NCBI GenBank assembly: GCA_963801355.1
Contig: CAWDEM010000004.1
Span: 832,001 to 896,000, forward strand
Direction of reading: 5' to 3'
Source: Ignavibacteriota bacterium
GTDB lineage: Bacteria > Bacteroidota > Ignavibacteria > UBA10030 > UBA6906
Length of the DNA stretch: 64,000 nucleotides
In this document: one piece after another, positions 9,723-20,665 of the stretch
Numbering within the stretch: position 1 is the stretch's first letter
Layout of the letters: every line of letters begins with the position of its first letter
Position numbers and translations under genes: made by a program
The notes under the pieces: model-generated
What the model saw: only the letters and a program-made list of their open reading frames with translations
Told to the model about the DNA's origin: nothing
Databases searched by the model: none

Positions 9723-12647
9723 ATGATAGGCCAAACTGTTTCCCACTACAGGATCCTTGAGAAGCTCGGCGGTGGAGGAATGGGCGTAGTCTACAAAGCC
9801 CAGGACCTCAAGCTCGACCGCCCCGTCGCCCTGAAGTTCCTCCCTCCTGACCTTATCCGTGACCCAGAATCAAAGCAGCGGTTCGTGCACGAGGCGAAGG
9901 CGGCCTCTGCACTCGACCACCCGAACATCTGCAACGTGCACGATATCGGCGAGACAGATGATGGGCAGATCTTCATCGTCATGGCCTGCTATGAGGGAGA
10001 GACGCTGAAGAAGAAGATTGAACGCGGACCGTTGAACATTGAGGAGACTGTCGACATCGCCATTCAGGTCGCCCAGGGCCTCGCCAAGGCACACGAGCAC
10101 GGCATTGTTCATCGCGACATCAAGCCGGCCAACATCATGATCACTTCGGAAGGGGTGGCCAAGATTGTCGATTTCGGGCTGGCAAAGCTCGGCGGACGAT
10201 CGATGCTGACCAGGGCTGGCTCAACGCTCGGCACAACAGCCTATATGTCGCCTGAGCAGGCGAGGGGTGAGGAAGTTGATCGGCGCACGGACATCTGGTC
10301 GCTGGGAGTGATACTGTATGAAATGCTGTGCGGACAGCTTCCGTTCAGAAGCGAGCATGATGCTGCACTCATTTATTCCATACTCAATGAAGATCCGAAA
10401 CCGATTGCACAGATCCTACCAGACGTACCGCAGCAGCTGTCAAAGATTGTCCGGAAAGCACTCCAGAAGAACCCCTTGGAACGGTACACGCATGCCGCAG
10501 ACTTTCTTGCCGATCTTGCCGGATTCAAGAGCACCCTCCTCCAACCTGCGACAGCCCAGGAGAACCTTGTGGGTCTTGCACGGAGGTTCATGCATCCGAA
10601 GATACTCGTACCGCTGATTGGAGCAGTGATTGTGATTGCCGGTGCACTTGCCTGGTACGCAGACAGAGCCGGGAAGATCCAATGGGCAAAAAGCGAAGCG
10701 ATCCCCGAAATCAAACGGCTGACAGAAGAAGCGCGTATGACTGGAACGTGGGCCAGATATCAAGATGCATTCAAGATTGCCAGCAAGGCGGAGAGGTACC
10801 TCCCCGACGACTCCGCACTGGCAAAGCTCTGGCCGGAGTTTTCAATTCGAATGAAGGTCTCCACAGATCCCCCGGGTGCCAAAGCTTACTACAAAGAGTA
10901 TTCGTCTCTGGGAGGTGAATGGGAATATGCTGGAGTGACCCCATTAGACAGCATAAGGGTACCCACAGGCTTCTTCCGTTGGAAATTCGAGAAAGCAGCC
11001 TTTGACACCGTGATGGCAGTGTCCCTCCGGGAAGACTCGCTCTACAGGAAATTGGACACACTGGGAAAGACACCACGGGGAATGGTAAGGGTGTCCGGGG
11101 GGAAGTCGAGCGAGATAGAAGACACCGTGGTGACTTTTGGCGAGTTCTTCATTGACAAATATGAGGTCACGAACGCTCAGTTCATGGAGTTCATCGAGGC
11201 AGGAGGGTACAAGAACCCTCAGTATTGGAAGTATGAGTTCACCGGGGACGGGAAGAAGCTCTCTTGGCAAGAAGCGATGGAGCAATTCGTTGACGCGACC
11301 GGGAGGCCGGGCCCCTCGACATGGCAAGCGGGAGACTATCCGGATGCACAGGGAGATTATCCGGTGTCCGGGGTGAGCTGGTATGAAGCCGCAGCCTACG
11401 CAGAATTCTCGGGGAAGGATCTCCCGACCGCATACCATTGGTACCGTGCTGCAGGCTTAGTGATGATCTTTCAGGGCATTGCGACCAAGATTGGAAACCT
11501 CAGCAACTTCGGTGGCTCTGGCCCTTCTCGCGTCGGGACCCACGAGGGGATGAGTTCATTCGGGGCGTATGATATGGCGGGGAATGTACGGGAGTGGTGC
11601 CTTAACGAAACGAAAGGGGGTCGATGCGTGCGGGGAGGCGCATGGAATGATGCCTCCTATATGTATGGCCACTTGAGTCAGGCTCCGGCGTTTGATCGCT
11701 CTGCAAAGAACGGGTTCCGATGCGTTCGATATGTGGAAAAAGCGAAGATCCCTCATCGAGCATTTGGTCTGGTGGACTGGCCGACAAGAGACTACAAGCA
11801 TGAACAGCCAGTATCAGATGCGATCTTCCATGTGTATGCGGATCAATTTGCCTATGACAAGACTGACCTCAACCCTGCCGTCGAGAGCAGGGACGAGGTT
11901 TCACCGGACTGGGTCCGAGAGAAGATCACATTCGATGCGGCCTATGCGAGCGAACGAGTTGTTGCCCTCCTGTTCTTGCCCAAGAAATCTGTAGGGCCTT
12001 TTCAGACGGTCATCGTGTTCCCCGGCATTTACGCTTTCTGGGAGCCGACGAGCGACGAAATCGATGCTGAGTCCGAATTCGATTACATATTGAAGAGCGG
12101 ACGCGCTGTGGTCTACCCCATCTACTATGGAACATACGAACGGAACAAGATAGACTTGAATTTTTTTAAGGCCTGGCCAAAAAAGAAATATCAGAATGCG
12201 TACACTGAGCTCCTGATCAATTGGGTCAAGGATTTCGGCAGGACAATCGACTATCTCGCGACGAGGAAGGACATAGACACTTCAAAGCTTGCGTATTTGG
12301 GTATCAGTTGGGGTGGGCGATTGGGAACAATCTTCACGGCAGTTGAAGGGCGCTTGAAAGCAAGCGTTCTCATCCTGGGCGGATTTGCCGCTGACGCTTC
12401 TCCCCGGCCGGAAGCGGACGAATTTAACTATGCTCCCCGTGTGCACATCCCGACGCTAATGCTCAATGGGAAGTACGACATGTTTTTCCCCTGTGACATT
12501 GCAATTCAGCCGATGTACGAACGCCTAGGCACTCCGCGAGCACAGAAGCGCCTTCTGCTGTACGATTCTGATCACTATGCACCCGCCAAGGACGTAATCA
12601 AAGAGACACTTGGCTGGTTCGACCGGTATCTCGGGCCGGTGAAGTGA
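9723..12647 (+). CDS. Ser/Thr kinase - TM - FGE-sulfatase (SUMF1-like) domain - alpha/beta hydrolase fusion
   Basis: Kinase motifs [16 protein letters not shown]; FGE motifs [28 protein letters not shown]; GISWG nucleophile elbow with later D and H. Confidence 0.9.
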   Translation: MIGQTVSHYRILEKLGGGGMGVVYKAQDLKLDRPVALKFLPPDLIRDPESKQRFVHEAKAASALDHPNICNVHDIGETDDGQIFIVMACYEGETLKKKIERGPLNIEETVDIAIQVAQGLAKAHEHGIVHRDIKPANIMITSEGVAKIVDFGLAKLGGRSMLTRAGSTLGTTAYMSPEQARGEEVDRRTDIWSLGVILYEMLCGQLPFRSEHDAALIYSILNEDPKPIAQILPDVPQQLSKIVRKALQKNPLERYTHAADFLADLAGFKSTLLQPATAQENLVGLARRFMHPKILVPLIGAVIVIAGALAWYADRAGKIQWAKSEAIPEIKRLTEEARMTGTWARYQDAFKIASKAERYLPDDSALAKLWPEFSIRMKVSTDPPGAKAYYKEYSSLGGEWEYAGVTPLDSIRVPTGFFRWKFEKAAFDTVMAVSLREDSLYRKLDTLGKTPRGMVRVSGGKSSEIEDTVVTFGEFFIDKYEVTNAQFMEFIEAGGYKNPQYWKYEFTGDGKKLSWQEAMEQFVDATGRPGPSTWQAGDYPDAQGDYPVSGVSWYEAAAYAEFSGKDLPTAYHWYRAAGLVMIFQGIATKIGNLSNFGGSGPSRVGTHEGMSSFGAYDMAGNVREWCLNETKGGRCVRGGAWNDASYMYGHLSQAPAFDRSAKNGFRCVRYVEKAKIPHRAFGLVDWPTRDYKHEQPVSDAIFHVYADQFAYDKTDLNPAVESRDEVSPDWVREKITFDAAYASERVVALLFLPKKSVGPFQTVIVFPGIYAFWEPTSDEIDAESEFDYILKSGRAVVYPIYYGTYERNKIDLNFFKAWPKKKYQNAYTELLINWVKDFGRTIDYLATRKDIDTSKLAYLGISWGGRLGTIFTAVEGRLKASVLILGGFAADASPRPEADEFNYAPRVHIPTLMLNGKYDMFFPCDIAIQPMYERLGTPRAQKRLLLYDSDHYAPAKDVIKETLGWFDRYLGPVK

Positions 12648-12721
12648 AGGCCCGGCGATGATCGGCACAGCGGTGTCGGACTAATCTGCTGTTTGGAACC
12701 ACACTCACGAAGGAGGTTGTC

Positions 12722-13252
12722 ATGCAAAAGTCGAATTTCATTGTCTATGTCGTTATTGGTCTTGCACTCTTGTTCTCATCATGTCAGCGCAAGGTTGATA
12801 TCGACAAGGAAAAGGAAGCGATCAGAGCAGTCATTGAAGCTGAGAAAAAAGGGTTCTTCGACAAGAGTCTGGAACAGATGGCTGCCACCTGGGTGCAGAA
12901 ACCTTCATCGGTGAAGATGTATATGTCGCAAGAAGGAGAGATGGACCTGTTTGGCTGGGTGAGCATCAATGAACGGAGCAAGCAAGAGATAGCGAGAATT
13001 GACTCAGAATATGAGAACGTTCATCTTGAATTCTCCGACTTCCAATTCAATATTTATGAGACAAATGCCTGGGTAATCTTCAAGGCGAAGTGGGATTTGA
13101 CCTACAAGGGTGAGTCGACTCTATGGGAGCAGACCAGAATTATGGCATTCGAGAAGGTCGATCGGGAATGGAAAATCACACTGATGGCGATATACGCCGT
13201 TCCCACTGCAAAAGAGGCAGCACAGTACACGACAGAAAAGGGCTCGAAGTAA
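12722..13252 (+). CDS. NTF2/SnoaL-like lipoprotein
   Basis: AAGGAGG RBS; lipobox FSSC; DIDKEKEAIRAVI...FEKVDREWKI. Confidence 0.75.
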   Translation: MQKSNFIVYVVIGLALLFSSCQRKVDIDKEKEAIRAVIEAEKKGFFDKSLEQMAATWVQKPSSVKMYMSQEGEMDLFGWVSINERSKQEIARIDSEYENVHLEFSDFQFNIYETNAWVIFKAKWDLTYKGESTLWEQTRIMAFEKVDREWKITLMAIYAVPTAKEAAQYTTEKGSK

Positions 13253-13378
13253 TCTGTTGCAGCGCAGGATTTACCCCGATGGTACTCTGGAAGCATCCTC
13301 GACGAGCCTTTCCGATCCCGATTCTTCCCTGAGGATCTCCATATGATCGGGGCGACCATAACAATACCGGAGGTCACT

Positions 13379-13864
13379 ATGTTTATCGGACGGGTTTCCA
13401 CGCTCTTATCATGCGTGTGCCTTGTTCTCATCGGATGCACCCACAGACCGCCGGTTGACATTCGTGCTGAAGCTGATGCAATACGCAGTATCGATGCTCA
13501 GTGGACTGCTGCATTCAAGGCGAGGGATATCGACAACTTGGTCTCTCTCTATGCGTCGGATGCTGTGGCGATAGCTCCAGATGCCAAAATGCGGGTTGGC
13601 CACCAAGCCATTCGAGAATCACTGCAATCTTGGCTTGCCGACACTGTTGAATCTGAAACCTCCTCCGGCACAATAGACGCCGTCGAGGTGGCGGCTTCCG
13701 GCGACCTTGCATACGCCCGCGGCTCTGGTCGCTTCAGCCAAAACACGCCAAAGGGGCTTGTAGATTGCTCGGAAGAATGGGTTACTGTCTACAGAAAGAT
13801 GGATGGAAACTGGAAGATTATTGTAGATATCATCACCAACGACAAGCCGGTAAAGGGTGGTTGA
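13379..13864 (+). CDS. DUF4440/SnoaL-like (NTF2-fold) lipoprotein
   Basis: GGAGG RBS; LIGC lipobox; SGDLAY; YRKMDGNWKIIVD. Confidence 0.8.
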   Translation: MFIGRVSTLLSCVCLVLIGCTHRPPVDIRAEADAIRSIDAQWTAAFKARDIDNLVSLYASDAVAIAPDAKMRVGHQAIRESLQSWLADTVESETSSGTIDAVEVAASGDLAYARGSGRFSQNTPKGLVDCSEEWVTVYRKMDGNWKIIVDIITNDKPVKGG

Positions 13865-13881
13865 AACAGGGTGGTTGAAAC
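13854..13881. repeat. 14-bp perfect tandem duplication AGGGTGGTTGAAAC x2
   Basis: Read directly; overlaps the stop codon of the upstream gene. Confidence 0.85.
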
Positions 13882-13894
13882 CTCTTCCACCAGG

Positions 13895-13933
13895 TTGACA
13901 TTCCTTTTTGTTGATGCTATATTCATCAGCATC
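13895..13933 (+). promoter_or_regulatory. sigma70-like promoter of the RND operon with an overlapping inverted repeat
   Basis: TTGACA(13895)-17-TATATT(13918); GATGCT...AGCATC flanks the -10. Confidence 0.7.
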
Positions 13934-13977
13934 TATTCTCCCCGGATCCTCTCCCCCACATGCCTCGAGTTCGATCG

Positions 13978-15036
13978 ATGAAAAAGCCTATGACAAAGCT
14001 GACGATGATTGCCGGCACACTTGCCCTCATTATCATTGCCGGGATCGCAGGTTGCCGGAAAAACGGAGAACAGACTCAAAGTGCCATAGCCACCGAGGTG
14101 CCGGTCTCTGTGACAGTGGTCAAGAAACAGAAGCTCGTAAGCAGTCTCTCCCTTGTCGGTACCGTCAATGCGCGCATGGATGTCGACGTCGTTTCGGAAA
14201 CACAGGGTGCGGTGACCGCTGTTCGTATGAAGGTCGGTTCGCACGTCGCTCCGGGAACCGTCATTGCGGAGGTCGACGACCAGATTCCGCGTTCCACAAA
14301 GGCCGCTGCGGAGATCAACTACCAGAAAGCGCGACGCGACTACCAACGGGCCGAGGAGCTCTACCAGGAAAATTCGATTTCCGTTTCGCAGCTTGACGCA
14401 TCACGCCTTGCCATGAAGGCGGCGGAAAACCAGCTTGACATCGCCCGCCGGCAGCTGGAGAACACGCTGCTGAAGAGTCGGATTGCCGGCACGTTGAACA
14501 GCCGCTTCGTCGACGTTGGCACGATGGTGCAGCCGGGAATGGTGGTGGCGAATATTGTCGATATCAGCTCGCTCAAGGTGCGCGTCAATGTACCGGAGCG
14601 CGAGGCGTTTCAGCTCAAGCCCGGGGACCGGGTGGAGATCGGCACGGACGTGTATCCGGGCGTGACGTTCAGCGGCAAGATTGACAACATTGCTGCGAAA
14701 GCAGACGAAGCGCACACCTATCCTGTAGAGATCGTCGTACCGAATAGCACCAAAAACCCGCTCAAGGCAGGCATGTTCGCAAAGCTGCTGTTCAAGTCCA
14801 TTGCGCCGACGGACGCCCTGGTCATCCCGCGTATCGCATTGATCGGGAGCGTCAAAGATGCACGGGTGTTCCTCATCCGCGGGCAACAGGCACACCTCGC
14901 AGCATTCGTCGTCGGCCAACAGGCTGAAGGGCAGTATGAGGTGGCCTCGGGCATTGCTGAAGGCGACACCGTCGTGATCAGCGGCCAGAATAACCTCGTG
15001 GACGGGGCGCGTGTGCAGATAGTCTCGAAGCAGTAG
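13978..15036 (+). CDS. RND efflux periplasmic adaptor (membrane fusion protein), lipoprotein
   Basis: IAGC lipobox; G.V..V.+K.G..V..G lipoyl motif; LKAGMFA; G+AEGD.VV.SG; start could also be 13990. Confidence 0.9.
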   Translation: MKKPMTKLTMIAGTLALIIIAGIAGCRKNGEQTQSAIATEVPVSVTVVKKQKLVSSLSLVGTVNARMDVDVVSETQGAVTAVRMKVGSHVAPGTVIAEVDDQIPRSTKAAAEINYQKARRDYQRAEELYQENSISVSQLDASRLAMKAAENQLDIARRQLENTLLKSRIAGTLNSRFVDVGTMVQPGMVVANIVDISSLKVRVNVPEREAFQLKPGDRVEIGTDVYPGVTFSGKIDNIAAKADEAHTYPVEIVVPNSTKNPLKAGMFAKLLFKSIAPTDALVIPRIALIGSVKDARVFLIRGQQAHLAAFVVGQQAEGQYEVASGIAEGDTVVISGQNNLVDGARVQIVSKQ

Positions 15037-15062
15037 CGCCCACACCTGGAGGCGAAACCGTT

Positions 15063-18000
15063 ATGACCATTACTGAACTTTCGATCAAGCGCCCTACGCT
15101 GATCATCGTCGTGTTCCTCGCCCTCGGATTACTGGGTGTGTTCGGGTATTTCCAGCTGCGGTATGAGCTGCTCCCCAAAGTGGCTCCTCCGTGGATCGTC
15201 ATCTCTACCGTCTATCCCGGGGCGTCGCCGTCCGAAGTGGAAAACAGCGTCACGAAGGAAATCGAAGAAGGCGTCGCCTCCGTGGAGAAGCTGTCGAACA
15301 TCTACGGCAATTCGTACGAAGGGCTTTCGGTTATCAGCCTCGAGTATAAATACTCTGCCGATGTGGACCAGGCGATGCAAGAAGTGCAGCAGAAGGTCAA
15401 CGGGCTGCTGATGAAGCTCCCCAGGGACATCCGGACGCCGGTGATACAGAAATTCTCCTTTGACGAGGTGCCGGTGTTAAAAATGGGCGTCTCCGGTGAC
15501 CTTCCGTCCCGTGACTTCACGCAGTTCCTGAAAGACGAGATTGAACCATCGTTTGGAAAAATCGATGGCGTGGGGAAGATTGATCTCGTCGGTGGCGATA
15601 CTCGTGAGATCAGAATCAATCTGGATCTGCAGAAAATCCGGGCGTACGGATTGTCCATCGCGGGGATCACCCAGATCGTCCGCGCGTCGAACCTGGATTT
15701 TCCCACCGGAGCCGTCAAAGGGCAGGAGACACAATCCATCGTCCGCATCTCGGGGAAATTCGTATCGATTGAGGATATGAGGAATCTGGTCGTCTCGCGT
15801 TCGAAGGGAGGCGGCGAAGTACGTCTTGGCGACGTCGCAGAAATCGAAGACGGCCGTCAGGACCCGACCACGATCTCGCGCTTGAACGGCCGAAACTGCG
15901 TCGGCATCAACGTCCTCAAGCAAACTGACGCGAATGCCGTGGAAGTCTGCAGAAAGGTGAAGGAATCGATCGCCGGGCTGGAACGCGCGCACCGCGATAT
16001 CAACCTCACATTCGAAATCGTGGCGGATGCGTCGTTGTTTACGATCGAAGCCGCAGATGCCGTAAAGGTGGATTTGCTGATGGCGATCGTCCTGGTTGCC
16101 GCGGTGATGTTTCTGTTTCTGCACAGCGTCCGCAATTCCATCATCGTCCTCATCGCCATCCCTGCTTCGCTCGTGGCGTCCGCGCTTGCGATGTGGGCCC
16201 TGGACTATTCACTCAACCTGATGACCCTCCTGGCGCTGTCTCTGGTGATCGGCATCCTCGTCGACGACTCCATCGTCGTGCTGGAGAATATCCATCACCA
16301 CCTCGAGCTGAAGGAGCATCCCTGGGAGGCAGCGCTCAAGGGAAGGAACGAAATCGGGTTTGCTGCGCTCTCGATCACGCTGGTCGATGTGGTGGTGTTC
16401 GTCCCCCTGACGCTGATCGTCGGGCTCGTGGGGGATATCATGCGGGAATTCGCGGTTGTCGTTGTCGTGTCGACGCTGATGAGTCTGTTTGTCTCTTTCA
16501 CGTTGACCCCGATGCTGGCGTCGCGGTTCGCGAGACTCCAGGAACTCTCTCGCCGTTCGCTCGGAGGCTGGGTCGCCGGAACCTTTGAAAAGGGGTTCCA
16601 GCGCTTGGTCGAACGGTATCTCGTCCTTCTCAGAAACAGTCTGAACAACCGCTGGAAATACTTTGCCGCGGCGGTCCTGTTGTTTGTTGCCGCGCTGGCA
16701 CTGCCGGCGGTCGGACTTGTGGGATCCGAGTTTATCAAGGCGTCTGACCGCGGGGAGTTCATTGTGAATCTGGAGGTACCCCCCGGATCCACGCTCGAAC
16801 ACACGAGCAGGATCGCTCAGCAGATTGAGCGGATGATAGGGGAGATGCCTGAAACACGAAAGATTATGTCGAACGTGGGACTGGGGACAGCCAACACGAT
16901 GGCAAGCAATGTGGCATCGATCTATGTTGCTCTTACGGATCGGGACAGGCGCAAGCGGTCGACCGATGATGTGTCCAACGACATCAAGAACAGGTCAAAG
17001 GAGATCCCCGGAGTAAAGGTGTACATTGACCAGATCGCCATCACCGGCGAGGCTGCTGGAATCGGCGTCACCGTGATGGTCCGCGGGAGTAACCCCGATT
17101 CTCTGCTCGCGATGACCAACCTGGTCGCAGCCGCAATGCGGAAGACTCCAACCGTTACAGATGTGAAGTTTTCGTATGAGCAGAGCAATCCGGAAACTCG
17201 CGTGGATGTGGACCGGCAACGAATGGCGACGTTCGGACTGACAGTGTATGACGTAGGAACAACCCTCCGCGTCGCGCTGACCGGCGATGATGAGTCGAAG
17301 CTCCGGGAAGGGCAAAAGGAGTACCCGATCAGAGTTATCCTTGACAAGTTCGACAGGTCGAACCCGGACGACGTTGCCCGTCTTTCATTCCTCACACCCA
17401 TGGGCCGGCAGGTGGAACTCCGGCAGTTTGCCGACATTGTGGCAGCGTCGGGTCCCACCAAGCTCGAGAGGTACAACCGGTCTTCTTCTATCACGATCAC
17501 GGGCTACGTTGACAACACCATGCCCTTGGGGAATGTGACGGCGGAGTTTCAGAAACAACTTGGTTCGGCGCACGTCGAGGGAACGCTCGTGGAGTTCATC
17601 GGCGACGAGAAGAACCGCAGCGACAGTTTTGGTCAGATGGGGCTTGCCCTGTTCGCAAGCATTCTCTTTGTCTATCTGATTATGGTCGCCCTCTATGATT
17701 CGTTCGTCTATCCGCTGGTGGTGCTGTTCTCCATTCCCCTCGCGTTGATCGGGGCCATGATTACGCTGGCGCTGACGGGAAACGCTTTGAGCATCTTTTC
17801 CATGCTGGGTATTATCATGATGGTGGGCCTGGTCGCCAAGAACGCTATTCTGCTTGTGGACCGTGCCAACGAGAACAAGGAACGCGGACTCTCGACGCGG
17901 GATGCGTTGATTGAGGCGGGCCAGATGAGAATCCGCCCGATTTTCATGACAACACTTTCGATGGTCTTTGGCATGTTGCCGATTGCGCTGGCAAAGGGAG

Positions 18001-18212
18001 CCGGCGCGGAGTGGAAGAACGGTCTTGCCTGGGCTCTCATCGGCGGGCTCACGAGTTCCATGTTTCTCACGCTGGTAATTGTTCCCATCGTGTATACCTG
18101 GATCGACCGCTGGAGAGTACTCGTCCCGGCATTCTTCCAGGGGCCGTTCGCCATGCTCCGGCTCCGTCGGATGAGAGCGCGCAGGCGGGAATCAAAGGAG
18201 GCCACGATATGA
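15063..18212 (+). CDS. RND efflux permease (AcrB/AcrD/AcrF family)
   Basis: IKRP, YPGASP.EVE..VT..IE, GILVDDSIVVLENI, KNAILLVD, RIRPIFMT. Confidence 0.95.
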   Translation: MTITELSIKRPTLIIVVFLALGLLGVFGYFQLRYELLPKVAPPWIVISTVYPGASPSEVENSVTKEIEEGVASVEKLSNIYGNSYEGLSVISLEYKYSADVDQAMQEVQQKVNGLLMKLPRDIRTPVIQKFSFDEVPVLKMGVSGDLPSRDFTQFLKDEIEPSFGKIDGVGKIDLVGGDTREIRINLDLQKIRAYGLSIAGITQIVRASNLDFPTGAVKGQETQSIVRISGKFVSIEDMRNLVVSRSKGGGEVRLGDVAEIEDGRQDPTTISRLNGRNCVGINVLKQTDANAVEVCRKVKESIAGLERAHRDINLTFEIVADASLFTIEAADAVKVDLLMAIVLVAAVMFLFLHSVRNSIIVLIAIPASLVASALAMWALDYSLNLMTLLALSLVIGILVDDSIVVLENIHHHLELKEHPWEAALKGRNEIGFAALSITLVDVVVFVPLTLIVGLVGDIMREFAVVVVVSTLMSLFVSFTLTPMLASRFARLQELSRRSLGGWVAGTFEKGFQRLVERYLVLLRNSLNNRWKYFAAAVLLFVAALALPAVGLVGSEFIKASDRGEFIVNLEVPPGSTLEHTSRIAQQIERMIGEMPETRKIMSNVGLGTANTMASNVASIYVALTDRDRRKRSTDDVSNDIKNRSKEIPGVKVYIDQIAITGEAAGIGVTVMVRGSNPDSLLAMTNLVAAAMRKTPTVTDVKFSYEQSNPETRVDVDRQRMATFGLTVYDVGTTLRVALTGDDESKLREGQKEYPIRVILDKFDRSNPDDVARLSFLTPMGRQVELRQFADIVAASGPTKLERYNRSSSITITGYVDNTMPLGNVTAEFQKQLGSAHVEGTLVEFIGDEKNRSDSFGQMGLALFASILFVYLIMVALYDSFVYPLVVLFSIPLALIGAMITLALTGNALSIFSMLGIIMMVGLVAKNAILLVDRANENKERGLSTRDALIEAGQMRIRPIFMTTLSMVFGMLPIALAKGAGAEWKNGLAWALIGGLTSSMFLTLVIVPIVYTWIDRWRVLVPAFFQGPFAMLRLRRMRARRRESKEATI

Positions 18213-20653
18213 AACGCCTGATCGGCCTTGCGATTGTCGTCGCCGTCGTCGCGGGAGCTGCAACAGCTGCGCACGGCATGCCGCTTCCCCGTCAAGTCCG
18301 CATTGCAGTCGTGAGTGATGGCCCCTGGGAGCGTAACGGCGAAATGAAGGAGCTTCTTGACAGGAGCATCATGGAGGTATTTGGAAAGGAAGCCGCTGTC
18401 GCAATCGACCCCGGAAAGATCTTTGTCGGCGACTGGACACTGGCCGGTATTCGGGCAATAAACAACCGACTTCTGGCTGACCCCGATGTGGACATGATTC
18501 TGGGCATGGGATTGATTGCTTCCCAGGACCTGGCTACGCGCGGCCCGTTGCCGAAGCCCGTGATTGCTCCTGTGGTGGTGGATGCCGCACGCCAGCACAT
18601 CCCCCTGGTGAACGGGGCTAGCGGCGTAAAAAATCTGAGCTATCTGGTCTATCCTCAAACGTTTGTTCGGGATCTTGAGCTTTTCAGGGAGGTGGTGCCG
18701 ATCCGCAAGCTCGTGAATATAGCCAGCAGGCCGTATGACCGCGTTCTCCCTCCCGGGCCCGAGCCGATGCAGCGCATCGGTCAGCGGCTTGGACTGGAAA
18801 TTACCGAGCTCTTTATTGACTCGTCAGCCGGCGAAGTGCTGAAGAACATACCGCGGGACGCAGACGCGGTCTTTGTCGAACCCATTCCGAACCTCCCGGC
18901 GATGGAATTCGACAAACTCGTTCAAGCATTCATCGAGCTCCGACTCCCCAGCTTTTCCTACTTTGGCGATACCGAGGTCCGCCGCGGTATCCTTGCATCC
19001 GCCAACCCCGATATCCTCCCGCGGCTTGCACGGCGTATCGCGCTGACGGTGCAACGCATTGTGGGTGAAGGGGAAGAGCCTGGGTCTCTGCCGGTAGTGT
19101 TTACACCGGGGAAACGCCTTTCTCTCAACCTGAATACGGCGGATGCGATAGGCGTCTCTCCACATTGGAATATGTTGCTGGAAGCGGAATTGGTGGGAGG
19201 CGATTCGACGTTGCCGGGCGCGTATACGTTTACATTGGCGGAGGCCATCCGGATTATCGCTGATCGCAATCTGGAGATCCGGGCAAAGATTCGTGAGGTT
19301 CGTGCAGAGAGTTTCAACACAGCCATTGCCCGGGCTGCGTTGTTTCCGAAGATTGATGTCAGTGCGACAGGGCTCCAGATCGACAACGACCGTGCGCTTG
19401 CTGGCGGACAGCCTGAACGCAGCGCGACGCTCGAAGCGTCCGGGTCACAGGTGCTTTTCGCTGAACCTGTACTCGCGAATCTCAGCATACAATCGTCCCT
19501 TCAGGATGCCCGCATGCAGGATCTGGAAACCACCAAACTCAACACGATTGTTGAAGGCGCGCAATACTACTTGAATTACCTCCGCATTCGACGCATGTAC
19601 TACCTGTTGCTCGATAACTTGAAGCTTACAAGAACGAATCTCGAACTGGCACGCGTGCGTCAGGCGACCGGCGCAGCCAGCCCGGAGGAGTCCCTCCGGT
19701 GGGAGGCGGAGATCGCCAGTCTTCGCAAAACCACCATGGACATGCAGTCACAGATGAACCAGGCGCTCCTCGCGCTTAAACAGATTCTCCGAATCCCCAT
19801 GCTGAACCAGGTGAATGTTGTCGATGTTCCCGGGGTCGACACCACGATGTTCATTACAAACAAGGATGTTCTGGCATGTCTCGATGAGCCGGTCGGATTT
19901 GAATTCCTGAGCGAATTCCTCCTCTCTGAAGCTTCCCGATTGTCGCCCGAGCTTCGCCGGCTCGACGCGGTGCTCGAGGCACAGAACCGCAATCTGACGT
20001 CATTGGAGCTGAGTTCCATTCTTCCGACAGTGAGCGCCTTCGGAACGTACAGTCGCCGGTTTGCGTCTTCAAAGATCGTTTCTCCGTTTCAACTTCCCGC
20101 TCTCAGCAGCGCTCCGGCTCCGGGGACCCCCGGCGAGGCGTTTCTCTATACGGTTCTTGGCTCCCTTTCTCCTGCTCTTCCTGATGAAAACAACTGGAGC
20201 GTCGGCATACAGCTGTCATTGAACTTGTTCAACGGAATGGGAACGAGGGCAGCGCAGGAGAAGTCGGCAATTCAGATCGAGCAATATGGGATACAGCGCG
20301 AGGCGATTTCGGAGAAGGTGGAATTGCGCATCAGGGCGGAGATGGAACACGCCAAAGCGTCGAAATTCGCGATGGATCAAGCAACACGGCAACAGGAAGC
20401 TGCGAGGAAAACACTCAATATCGTCACCGAGGCCTACTCGCGTGGCGGTGTATCGATACTCAGTCTGCTTGATGCACAAAATGGTGCATTACAGGCCGAT
20501 CAGGTGGCGGCGAATGCGCTGTACGATTTCTGGATATCGTCGCTTCTTGTGCAGCGGGCGATCGGTCGATTCGATGTCCTGATGACTCCACAAGATAGAA
20601 CAGACTTTCTGAATCGCCTCGGCAAGAAGATTGCCTCGGGCAGGAAACGTTGA
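18209..20653 (+). CDS. TolC-family outer-membrane efflux protein with an N-terminal periplasmic-binding-protein-like extension
   Basis: ATGA overlap with the permease; signal peptide; N-half resembles the ABC substrate-binding family (LPSFSY, LSLNLNTADAIG); C-half has OEP repeats (P.+.+.A, Y..G..S+L.LLDAQ). Confidence 0.8.
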   Translation: MKRLIGLAIVVAVVAGAATAAHGMPLPRQVRIAVVSDGPWERNGEMKELLDRSIMEVFGKEAAVAIDPGKIFVGDWTLAGIRAINNRLLADPDVDMILGMGLIASQDLATRGPLPKPVIAPVVVDAARQHIPLVNGASGVKNLSYLVYPQTFVRDLELFREVVPIRKLVNIASRPYDRVLPPGPEPMQRIGQRLGLEITELFIDSSAGEVLKNIPRDADAVFVEPIPNLPAMEFDKLVQAFIELRLPSFSYFGDTEVRRGILASANPDILPRLARRIALTVQRIVGEGEEPGSLPVVFTPGKRLSLNLNTADAIGVSPHWNMLLEAELVGGDSTLPGAYTFTLAEAIRIIADRNLEIRAKIREVRAESFNTAIARAALFPKIDVSATGLQIDNDRALAGGQPERSATLEASGSQVLFAEPVLANLSIQSSLQDARMQDLETTKLNTIVEGAQYYLNYLRIRRMYYLLLDNLKLTRTNLELARVRQATGAASPEESLRWEAEIASLRKTTMDMQSQMNQALLALKQILRIPMLNQVNVVDVPGVDTTMFITNKDVLACLDEPVGFEFLSEFLLSEASRLSPELRRLDAVLEAQNRNLTSLELSSILPTVSAFGTYSRRFASSKIVSPFQLPALSSAPAPGTPGEAFLYTVLGSLSPALPDENNWSVGIQLSLNLFNGMGTRAAQEKSAIQIEQYGIQREAISEKVELRIRAEMEHAKASKFAMDQATRQQEAARKTLNIVTEAYSRGGVSILSLLDAQNGALQADQVAANALYDFWISSLLVQRAIGRFDVLMTPQDRTDFLNRLGKKIASGRKR

Positions 20654-20665
20654 CACTCCCGAGAA

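Noticed and set aside
11080-11740. FGE-sulfatase (CLec-fold) domain as a diversity-generating retroelement target
   Set aside because: The domain is internal, and I saw no template repeat differing at adenines and no reverse transcriptase in the window.
18011-18208. Upstream extensions in the ORF track (also at 2452, 5441, 23539, 26618, 38391, 58509)
   Set aside because: Downstream starts have signal peptides and mostly a clear RBS; the extensions overlap other genes or intergenic DNA.
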